From: Phycisphaerales bacterium
GTDB taxonomy: Bacteria > Planctomycetota > Phycisphaerae > Phycisphaerales > UBA1924
Direction: 5' to 3'
Assembly (NCBI GenBank): GCA_020847535.1
Contig: JADLBU010000003.1
Span: forward strand, 29,998-93,997
Length of the DNA: 64,000 nt
Position numbers and translations under genes: made by a program. How positions within the stretch are numbered: position 1 is the stretch's first letter; the number at the start of each line of letters is the position of its first letter. The notes under the pieces were generated by a model, which worked only from the letters and a program-made list of their open reading frames with translations, did no database searches and had not been told where the DNA came from. Below are positions 16,901 through 22,932 of this stretch, in pieces.

Positions 16901-17018
16901 GGAGAATGTGGTTGAGGTGGCGCCGCAGGTTGGGGCTGCGGGCAGGTCGAAGTCATCGCGTGATGTTGAGGAAGAGGCTCCTTTTGTGGCGGATGAGGAT
17001 GACGACCGGCGCGAATAG
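13911..17018 (+). CDS. ftsK: DNA translocase FtsK/SpoIIIE
   Basis: 1035 aa. N-terminal TM helices, long Glu/Lys/Gly-rich linker, motor domain PHMLIAGTTGSGKSVCMNTII (Walker A), VFIIDELADLMM (Walker B), and a C-terminal gamma winged helix VSLLQRRLAIGYTRSSRLIDLM. The start could be ATG 13965. Confidence 0.92.
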   Translation: MLRDFSPLLADRADSCRAMGKSVKSSAASKPASAGVLVFRRMVVLIVLAIWTFVIASLIGFDPADPPSHLVWPPNEPVANWCGPVGAHIAYGLYKLLGLGVWVLMLVGAIGILSAAAGQRVSHWVVRALGLLMLTAAASGFQRIVMPNSGPFANLPGGLVGVAGAQRLIDSLGPVGTILSLAIMGVIGAIVAMDEWVTALVGWMWRRGAPAALAAGKTAGAAAGSMAFEASKSTAKASGGALSTLWKRLFPGRAVTRLNDLDDDAMLRSGLVGAGRGVGGGGRDSGRRRRSAKLAAVAAQEEELSAETVGVTDPDEEAARIVEEKPTKRKKKEELNAEVAEGAEGRGEESEEEGDEAAEVIVEKKPLKGKNRPTKYPTLADAARMDDEGVEGATEADDDDKDLPGPAQVYTEAELRAKIDKLPVFFNQNNKQVATDADLAGMQAASSLDDTTYTGGKPYQFPGLDILEQPEENYNSKLESYVREQAVALESAMKQYGIDGEVVGIESGPVITLYDVRLAPGTKVSAVSAVSSDIARALKAVNIRIVSNQVGRDTIGVEVPNAQKEKVRLKELMSKTEYFSSMKLPMFMGKDASGEPLIEDLAKMPHMLIAGTTGSGKSVCMNTIIMGFLYTKKPSELKMVLVDPKMVEMSQFKDIPHLMCPVVTEMAKAAAILEWACVKMDERYELLAEAGCRDISSYNDLTWEEIKERFNCKSDEEAARIPRKLPYMVFIIDELADLMMTAKEVESHIIRIAQKARAVGMHLILATQRPQANVVTGLIKSNMPCRVAFRVASGMDSRIVLDQKGGELLLGHGDMLFLNPRTNKLARAQGTLVDDHEIRRVVRFMRDVAAPSFERSLMSLRRAEQTDEERAMQSANNSSASLAAAQEDPLFPKAVEIVLETKRGSVSLLQRRLAIGYTRSSRLIDLMGIAGIISDHKGSVARDVLITQSEWDAMKKLAAEQGVDMSGEVQGDLFASGGAVEGAIADRAEEPMIPSGPENVVEVAPQVGAAGRSKSSRDVEEEAPFVADEDDDRRE

Positions 17019-17027
17019 TCGGAGCCG

Positions 17028-17106
17028 CCGGCTTCAGCCGGTGGTCGATGGGGTGTCGAACGTCATAGGTCGTTGTACGCACCGCGACCGACGGCTGAAG
17101 CCGTCG
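17028..17106. repeat. Inverted pair of GGCT(TCA/GAA)GCC tetraloop hairpins at the ftsK / GNAT convergent junction
   Basis: CCGGC-TTCA-GCCGG (17028-41) and CGACGGC-TGAA-GCCGTCG (17089-17106). The about 28-nt units around them are reverse complements of each other. Confidence 0.85.
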
Positions 17107-17128
17107 GCTCTGAACGTTGCGCGATGGG

Positions 17129-18307
17129 TCAATACATGTCTGTGAGCCAGGGTGTTGATTCGCAGAAGATGTTCGCGGCGAGCAGGTCTTTGGGTGTGCC
17201 GTGGGCCCAGCCGAGGATCGCGGCCTGGGTGGGGGTCACGAAGCCACAGTAGATCGAGGCGAGCGCGTTGATGGTGAGCTGGATCGCCCCCGAGCCGCCG
17301 GGGGTTGCGGTCGCCTTGCCGTTCTCGACGGTGATGATGAACTTGCCGTTGTTGGCGGGGATGAGGGGATCGGAGACATCGAAGTGGACCTCGCCGCGGG
17401 TTGTGGGATTGAAGCCGCGGGCGGCGATCGCGGATTTGAGATCGAGGATGCGATTGAGGTGGGTGTCCTTGACGCTCATGCGGTGGCGCTGCTGGGGGAG
17501 GAGGAGGAGCGCGGGGTGCGTGGGGCCGCCATAGAAGCCAAGATCCTCGGCCATGGAACCGAAATCGGCGAGCAAGCCAAGGAGGCGGCGAGCGGCCTCG
17601 GGTGTGGTGAAGACCAGATCCGAGAGTTCGAGGTTGTGGCGGCCACTGTCAGGCCGGCGCTGCTGGCTCAGGTAGAAGTAGCCATCGAGGCCGCCTGCGG
17701 GGTTGCGGACTCCAAAGGGGGAGAACTCGGTGCCGCGGAGGTTGCGGATGCGTTTCCAGATGTAGTCCCCGCGATCGAGGAAGCCATCGTGGACGCGGGC
17801 CATCGCGGCGTAACAGGCGTGGATCCCGGGGATGTCGGTTTCGGAGAGGGGTTCGACCGCGCCCGCGCGGAGGCGCTCGGTGATCCAGGACATGCCGATC
17901 TCGATGCGGAAGCGGTGGGCGGCCTGCTCGAAGCCGATCTGACGATAGAGGGTCTGGGTGGAGGCGTAGAGGCCCGACAGGCCGAAGCCATCGGCGGCGG
18001 CTTCCTGCATGGCGAGCTGCATCATGCGCTTGGCGTAGCCGTTGCCGCGTGATTCGGGAGGGACGGCGACGGCGGCGATCCCCAGGAGGCTGACGGACCG
18101 GCCGCCGAAGTACTGGCCCATGGGGATGCGGACCAGGCATGCAACGGGCTTGCCCTGATCCCGGAGGATGCGGAAGTTCTGGTGCCCTGCACCCTCGATC
18201 CAGGTGATCGCCTGGTCGTGGGCGGAGGTGAAGGCGTGATAGATGAAGCGGGCGATCGCGTGGATGTCGGCGGTGTCGTTGATGCCGGTGAGGATCGGGT
18301 CTGGCAT
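17129..18307 (-). CDS. GNAT N-acetyltransferase with C-terminal SCP2-like domain (Eis-like)
   Basis: 392 aa. GIAAVAVPPESRGNGYAKRMMQLAMQEAAADGF acetyl-CoA-binding motif. Three-domain length and layout as in Eis-type enzymes. Confidence 0.7.
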   Translation of the reverse strand: MPDPILTGINDTADIHAIARFIYHAFTSAHDQAITWIEGAGHQNFRILRDQGKPVACLVRIPMGQYFGGRSVSLLGIAAVAVPPESRGNGYAKRMMQLAMQEAAADGFGLSGLYASTQTLYRQIGFEQAAHRFRIEIGMSWITERLRAGAVEPLSETDIPGIHACYAAMARVHDGFLDRGDYIWKRIRNLRGTEFSPFGVRNPAGGLDGYFYLSQQRRPDSGRHNLELSDLVFTTPEAARRLLGLLADFGSMAEDLGFYGGPTHPALLLLPQQRHRMSVKDTHLNRILDLKSAIAARGFNPTTRGEVHFDVSDPLIPANNGKFIITVENGKATATPGGSGAIQLTINALASIYCGFVTPTQAAILGWAHGTPKDLLAANIFCESTPWLTDMY

Positions 18308-18366
18308 GGGCGGATTGTTGGCGGGGAGGCAGGCCGCGGATTTCGCGGATGACGCGGATCTGAGAA

Positions 18367-18493
18367 GAGTTCACCACGGAGGGCACGGAGAGCCACGGAG
18401 AAAGGCGAAGACGGTGTAAAGACATTGTGATGTTCGTCCGCCTCAATGATCTGTCCCTCTCTGTGGCCCTCTGTGCACTCCGTGGTGAGTCTT
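18367..18493. repeat. CAC(A/G)GAG word-hairpin element, copy 2
   Basis: Left arm gagttcaccacggagggcacggagagccacggagaaagg (18367-18405); right arm ccctctctgtggccctctgtgcactccgtggtgagtctt (18455-18493). Followed by GCTTTTTG (T5 at 18496-18500), 37 nt before the aminopeptidase ATG. Confidence 0.8.
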
Positions 18494-18536
18494 GCTTTTT
18501 GTGCCATCCGAATCGCGATTGAGGTAAGATCGTCGC

Positions 18537-19709
18537 ATGCGCGATCCACGCCTTGGCAAGCTCGCGGATGTGGTGGTTCTGTACAGCACGCGTGTGAAGA
18601 AGGGGGATCTGGTCACGATCGTGGGGGACACTGACTGCATGGCGGCGGTGGAGGCGATCTTTGAATCGACGCTGCGCGCTGGGGGGCATCCGAGCTTTCA
18701 TCCCAAGTGCGACAGCCTGCACGAGATCGTGCTGCGGCATGGGAACTCCGAGCAGATCACTCATGTCTCGCCGTTCGAGGAGCATCGGCTTGCCAACTGC
18801 GATGTCCTGATCGTGCTGTACTACTCGCGGAATACCAAGTACTTGGGACGGGTGGACCCGGCGAAGATCGCCAGCGCACAGTCGGCGCGGCGCGAACTCT
18901 TTGCGCTGTCAACGCGCCGCGAGGCGGCGGGGAAGCTGCGGTATTGCCTGGTTGAGATCCCTGGTCACGCGGCCGCGCAGAACGCGGAGATGTCGCTGAC
19001 GGATTACGAGGAGTGGGTGTATCGGGCGGGGTTCTTGCACATGGCGGATCCGGTGGGGCAGTGGCGCAAGCTGCACGAGCAGCAGCAGCGGGTGTGCGAG
19101 TATCTGGGGAGCAGGAGCGCGCTGCGGTTCACCGCACCGGCGTGCGATGGAGCCGGCGGGGCGCGCCGGCATGACGGGACGGACTTGACGGTGAATGTCT
19201 CGGGTCGGAAATGGATTAGCTGCGCTGGGGCGAGCAACTTCCCGGATGGGGAGGTGTACACCGGGCCGCGCGGGGTGGAGGGAGTCGTGAACTTCACGTT
19301 CACGGTGAACTATCGCGGGGTGGATGTCGAAGGGGTGCGGCTGAAGTTCAAGGCGGGGCGTGTGGTGGAGGCGAGCGCGAGCAAGAACGAGGAGTACCTG
19401 GTCAAGATGCTGGATCTGGATGAGGGGGCTCGCGGCGTCGGCGAGATCGCGATCGGGACCAACTACCAGCTCGATGAGACCTCGCGGAACACGTTCTTTG
19501 ATGAGAAGATCGGCGGGACGTTCCATCTGGCGGTGGGTGGCGGGTTTCCTGAGACGGGGAACACCAACGAATCGGGTATCCACTGGGACATGGTGTGCGA
19601 TCTTCGGCCGGGGAAGGCGTTTGCGGGGAGTGCCGGTGGGCTGATCGAGGCGGATGGGGTCGTGATTCAGCGGGATGGGAGGTTCTTGATGGAGGGGTGG
19701 CCGGGCTGA
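18537..19709 (+). CDS. Aminopeptidase, peptidase family M29 (AmpS/PepS-like)
   Basis: 390 aa. MRDPRLGKLADVVVLYSTRVKKGDLVTI.., GEIAIGTNY, GGTFHLAVGGGF, IHWDMV metal-ligand blocks typical of M29. Confidence 0.8.
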   Translation: MRDPRLGKLADVVVLYSTRVKKGDLVTIVGDTDCMAAVEAIFESTLRAGGHPSFHPKCDSLHEIVLRHGNSEQITHVSPFEEHRLANCDVLIVLYYSRNTKYLGRVDPAKIASAQSARRELFALSTRREAAGKLRYCLVEIPGHAAAQNAEMSLTDYEEWVYRAGFLHMADPVGQWRKLHEQQQRVCEYLGSRSALRFTAPACDGAGGARRHDGTDLTVNVSGRKWISCAGASNFPDGEVYTGPRGVEGVVNFTFTVNYRGVDVEGVRLKFKAGRVVEASASKNEEYLVKMLDLDEGARGVGEIAIGTNYQLDETSRNTFFDEKIGGTFHLAVGGGFPETGNTNESGIHWDMVCDLRPGKAFAGSAGGLIEADGVVIQRDGRFLMEGWPG

Positions 19710-19757
19710 GGACGCGGAGATGCGGGGACGCGCACACGCGGGGACCGGAGACGAGTT
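19708..19757. repeat. GGACGCGGAGA-type word repeat, copy at the aminopeptidase stop
   Basis: gaggacgcggagatgcggggacgcgcacacgcggggaccggagacgagttc; begins inside the TGA stop codon. Confidence 0.7.
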
Positions 19758-19795
19758 CAAAAAAGCAACACGCGCAGCCGCTTGGGCTGCGCGTG
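19757..19795 (-). terminator. Rho-independent terminator (minus strand)
   Basis: 11-bp perfect GC-rich stem CACGCGCAGCC (19769-19779) / GGCTGCGCGTG (19785-19795) with a 5-nt loop. On the minus strand it is followed by TTGCTTTTTTG. Lies about 150 nt downstream of the 19944 stop. Confidence 0.65.
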
Positions 19796-19889
19796 CCACT
19801 CTCCCAGAAGATGAAAAGGGGCTTGGGTTGGGTGCATCCCCGTGAAGCGTGTTGCACGGGGAGATGCGTTGCCCTTGTTGGGATTGTCA

Positions 19890-19924
19890 AAAGCTCAAAG
19901 CTCAAATCGCAAAGCTCAAACAAG
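19890..19924. repeat. 5 x 7-nt array AAAGCTC AAAGCTC AAATCGC AAAGCTC AAACAAG
   Basis: Read directly. Lies 20 nt beyond the stop of the minus-strand gene 19944..20243. AAAGCTCAAAGCT recurs at 51486-51498. Confidence 0.85.
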
Positions 19925-19943
19925 AGCTCGCGGAGTTGGTGGT

Positions 19944-20243
19944 TTAGCGGTCGGCGGCATCGTCGGGGTTCTCATCGGCGGCGGGTCGGCCCTGCTGCTC
20001 GAGGAGCTTGCGGAGGTACTGGTTCTCCCGGCGGGTCGCCTCCAGATCGAAGACCAGGTACTTGATGCTCAGGCGCAGGTAATCGAGGGACTCCTGGAGG
20101 TCGGCGATCGTCTTCTTGACCCTGTCGTGGCGGGCGACGGTCTCGCTGGCGAGCCGCTCCAGCGGGAGACGCTGGCCCTCGGGGAGCTTCTGGATCTGAT
20201 TGATGAGATCCCCCAGGCGCGACTGGAATTCCTGCTCGTTCAT
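19944..20243 (-). CDS. Small coiled-coil protein, unknown function (99 aa)
   Basis: ORF 19944..20429 trimmed to ATG 20243: MNEQEFQSRLGDLINQIQKLPEGQRLPLERLASE..LQESLDYLRLSIKYLVFDLEATRRENQYLRKLLEQQ. Heptad-like, non-repetitive composition. Confidence 0.5.
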   Translation of the reverse strand: MNEQEFQSRLGDLINQIQKLPEGQRLPLERLASETVARHDRVKKTIADLQESLDYLRLSIKYLVFDLEATRRENQYLRKLLEQQGRPAADENPDDAADR

Positions 20244-20529
20244 AGGTCGGTCCTTGTCTTGGGTTGTGGCGACCTGTCCGCTCCGCAGACATCGCACGGG
20301 GAGCCGCTCGCCGGCCCGATCCCGTGCTGGTTGTCCAGCCAGGCGGCCGGACTGGGAACAGGAGGAACAAGAGCCGCGCCGATCCCGGCTGCGCGCGCTG
20401 CCACGGCGCGCCAGAGGCGAAGCGTCCAATAAAACATGGGATGGGAGTGTGTGCGCTGGGATCGGGCCGGAGCTGGGCGCGAGGGGAACCCGTCAGGCCC
20501 GGTCGGGATGTGCGGGATGTTGCGTGGAA

Positions 20530-21129
20530 TCAACGTCCATCGTCGGCCCGACGCAGCGCCTGCCGAGCGCCGGGACGGGCGGCGGAGAGCACTTCGGGGA
20601 CGAGGCTGGGCTCGAGTTTGCGGGCATCCTTGGTGAGTCGGCGGAGGTGCTGGTCGACGTTGGCGATGAATCGCTGGTAGAACTGCTCGAGCTCGTGGCG
20701 GCTGAAGCGGGAGAGCGGGTCTTTGAGACCTGTCTGGCGAGCCGCCCAGTCGAGGAGCCCGCCAGGGGTTTCGCCGTAGAGGTAGAGGTCGAGGGTGGCG
20801 AGGATTCGTTTCTTGAGGCTGACGAAGGGATCGGTCGCGGGTTCGGGGACTTTGGTGAGGGCCTCTCGGATGGAGGATTCATCGTGGGCGGCGAGCAGGG
20901 GATCCTCGGGGATGTGCTCGGGCGCGGTGAAGAAGTCCTCTGCCGCGCGGATGTCGGCGAACGCGGTGGAGAGGGTCTTGTTGCCTGCGCGGTCGAAGCG
21001 GACGGTGAGGCGCTGGCATGGGCTGCCATCCTGGAGGGAGCCATCGGCGGCGATCACGCTTCCGACACCCCATTCCGGCTTGCCCGCGTGGCGAACCTTG
21101 TCGCCAAGCTTCCATTCACGAGTCATCAT
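20530..21129 (-). CDS. Hypothetical protein with DUF3553-like N-terminal domain
   Basis: ORF 20530..21195 trimmed to ATG 21129: MMTREWKLGDKVRHAGKPEWGVGSVIAADG..QRLTVRF (K-x-GD-x-V-x-H..WG-x-G-x-V pattern). The rest is unassigned. Confidence 0.5.
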   Translation of the reverse strand: MMTREWKLGDKVRHAGKPEWGVGSVIAADGSLQDGSPCQRLTVRFDRAGNKTLSTAFADIRAAEDFFTAPEHIPEDPLLAAHDESSIREALTKVPEPATDPFVSLKKRILATLDLYLYGETPGGLLDWAARQTGLKDPLSRFSRHELEQFYQRFIANVDQHLRRLTKDARKLEPSLVPEVLSAARPGARQALRRADDGR

Positions 21130-21580
21130 GTCCCAGGTCCTACATGAAATACCGCAATGGCTGACCATGCGGCATCCCTCCGGGGAAACCCGCAAGCAGA
21201 CAGAAGCGGCTTAGAACAAAGCCGGCAGACTCACTTGAGCCCCCTTCCAGAAAGGAAGAGAGCATGCCGTCCCGGGTGAGGAAGCCTCGGCTTCAAACAG
21301 CGACCATGGCTCAAAGGCCCCGAAACCGCCCATGCGGTGGAGGGGGGATTTGACCCATTTTGCGGTCGGTCCTGTGCAAAGTCGCGGCCCGAGACCCGAG
21401 CCGGCCGCCCCGATTCTGAGGGAATCGTGCGGATGTTGAGGGGAGCCTACCATAACCCCATACTGGACGCAAGCGTGTCGGGCGGCAATCCTTTGGCCCT
21501 TCCCCGGTCAGTCTTGGGAAGAAGGATGTGCAAACGGCTCCCGGGATCGGGAATAGGCCCATCGTATCTGAAGTTACCAA

Positions 21581-21610
21581 CCCCGACCCCCACATCCCCC
21601 ACCTCGCCCC
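21581..21610 (+). other. C-tract block (C4, C5, C5, C4) immediately upstream of rpoZ; G-quadruplex motif on the minus strand
   Basis: ccccgacccccacatcccccacctcgcccc, read directly. G-poor and C-rich on the rpoZ sense strand. Confidence 0.8.
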
Positions 21611-21629
21611 ACATTACCTGGAATACCCA

Positions 21630-21878
21630 ATGATCGAAGCCCTGAAGAGTGATCACATCGTCGAGAAGGTTGGCGGCCGGTTCAAGCTGTGCGCCCTGGT
21701 GCAGCGGCGGCTGGTGCAGTTGATGGAGGGGGCTCGCCCGCTGGTGGAACGGAACGGCCGGTCTGATCTCGAGGTGGCGATCGAGGAGATCCTTCAGGAA
21801 AAGATCACCCTGGATTTCGATCCCTCGACGCTGAAGGTGAGCCATGACCTGGCGGTTGCAAGCAGCATTGAAGACTGA
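21630..21878 (+). CDS. rpoZ: DNA-directed RNA polymerase subunit omega
   Basis: ORF 21528..21878 trimmed to ATG 21630: MIEALKSDHIVEKVGGRFKLCALVQRRLVQLMEGARPLVE..DLEVAIEEILQEKI. Fits the omega pattern (xxRF.L...a.kRa.QL..G..p) and the classic rpoZ-coaBC neighbourhood. Confidence 0.6.
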   Translation: MIEALKSDHIVEKVGGRFKLCALVQRRLVQLMEGARPLVERNGRSDLEVAIEEILQEKITLDFDPSTLKVSHDLAVASSIED

Positions 21879-21884
21879 GTAGAA

Positions 21885-21912
21885 GGCACTGGGCATCGGG
21901 CGCTGGGCACTG
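21885..21912 (+). repeat. 4 x 7-nt array GGCACTG GGCATCG GGCGCTG GGCACTG after the rpoZ stop
   Basis: Read directly. Starts 6 nt after the TGA (21876-78), preceded by AGAA. Confidence 0.9.
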
Positions 21913-21987
21913 GTGGAAGAGCGAGTGCGGCTTGGATGCCCCGGGTGCGGCTACTTCTTTTCGCGGTGTGTTTCGACGAACTGAATC

Positions 21988-22617
21988 ATGAGCGAGCCGA
22001 ATTCCAAGCCGGCATCCTCCGCGGCGGCGGGTGTGCCGGGCGGGGTTGACCTGCGCGCGGTGAACGGTAAGAAGGTGCTCGTGTGCATCTGCGGCGGGAT
22101 CGCGGCGTACAAGACCGCGACCGTCGTGAGCCGGCTGGCGCAGGCGGGGGCCGAGGTGACGGTGGCGATGACGGAGGCGGCGACGAAGTTTGTCGCGCCG
22201 CTGACGTTCCAGGCGCTGTCGGGTCGGGCGGTGTACACCTCGACGTGGGAGCACATCGAATCGCAGGATCCGCAGCACATCGCGCTGGCCTCGCGGGCGG
22301 ATATCGCCGTGGTGGCGCCATGCACGATGGATTGCCTGGCGCGGTTGGCGACTGGGCGAGCGGATGATGTGGTGACGCTGATTGTGTCGGCGATCGATCG
22401 GTCGAAGACGCCGGTGCTTTTGGCGCCGTCGATGAATGCGGTGATGTGGGATCAGCCGGCGACCCAGAGGAATATCGAGACGCTGCGCGGGGATGGATTC
22501 GAGTTCATAGGGCCGGGTGATGGGTGGCAGGCGTGCAGGACGGTGGGGGCGGGGCGGATGAGTGAGGCGGAGGAGATTGTGGGGCGGGTGATGGGGATGT
22601 GTGCGGGGCGTGGGTGA
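21988..22617 (+). CDS. coaC: Phosphopantothenoylcysteine decarboxylase flavoprotein (CoaC domain only)
   Basis: 209 aa. GKKVLVCICGGIAAYKTATVVSRLAQAGAEVTVAMTEAATKFV..PLTFQALS, PCTMDCLARLATGRADD. The CoaB synthetase half is not attached. Confidence 0.85.
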   Translation: MSEPNSKPASSAAAGVPGGVDLRAVNGKKVLVCICGGIAAYKTATVVSRLAQAGAEVTVAMTEAATKFVAPLTFQALSGRAVYTSTWEHIESQDPQHIALASRADIAVVAPCTMDCLARLATGRADDVVTLIVSAIDRSKTPVLLAPSMNAVMWDQPATQRNIETLRGDGFEFIGPGDGWQACRTVGAGRMSEAEEIVGRVMGMCAGRG

Positions 22618-22649
22618 TTCGGTGGGCACGCGTAGCTTGGAAATGGTTT

Positions 22650-22728
22650 GAACGCAGAGGACGCGGAGAACGCGGAGGTAGAACCAAGGATCAATTGGTC
22701 TTGCTCCGTGATGGGGATTGCGTTCCGC
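22650..22728. repeat. GGACGCGGAGA-type word hairpin downstream of coaC
   Basis: Left arm gaacgcagaggacgcggagaacgcggagg (22650-78); right arm ctccgtgatggggattgcgttccgc (22704-28). GAACGC/GCGTTC and CGCGGAG/CTCCGTG pair. Confidence 0.7.
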
Positions 22729-22789
22729 AGGGGCGGTAGGCAGTTGGGGGAGGACGGTTGGGGGTGGGGGTCGGGTCGGAGAATCGCGT

Positions 22790-22879
22790 AGAGACTGTTT
22801 CAGAATCCTACCCGATCTCGTGGCACAGGCATCCTGCCTGTGTTCTACTGCTCTGCTACTTCATTCTGAAACAGTCTCT
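22790..22879. other. 90-nt nested hairpin with perfect 17-bp outer stem in an AT-rich island upstream of the pseudopilin gene
   Basis: AGAGACTGTTTCAGAAT (22790-22806) is the exact reverse complement of ATTCTGAAACAGTCTCT (22863-22879). An inner perfect 8-bp hairpin CACAGGCA-tcc-TGCCTGTG sits at 22824-22842. Confidence 0.9.
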
Positions 22880-22932
22880 TAGAGAACATTCCTTTAGTTG
22901 ATTTAGTTATTAGGGATCGGTACATGTAGGGG

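Noticed and set aside
21200-21213. ACAGAAGCGGCTTA, resembling the conserved ACAGAA(C)CCGGCUUA near the 3' end of bacterial RNase P RNA
   Set aside because: No GAGGAAAGUCCGGGC-type CR-I box or P4 partner lies upstream on either strand, and the required upstream region is occupied by a protein-coding gene. It is a chance match.
22821-22837. TGGCAC sequence that might be a sigma-54 -24 box upstream of the pseudopilin
   Set aside because: The downstream GC dinucleotide is 2 nt out of register with the TGGCAC-N5-TTGC consensus. The bases are better explained as part of the inner hairpin CACAGGCA/TGCCTGTG.
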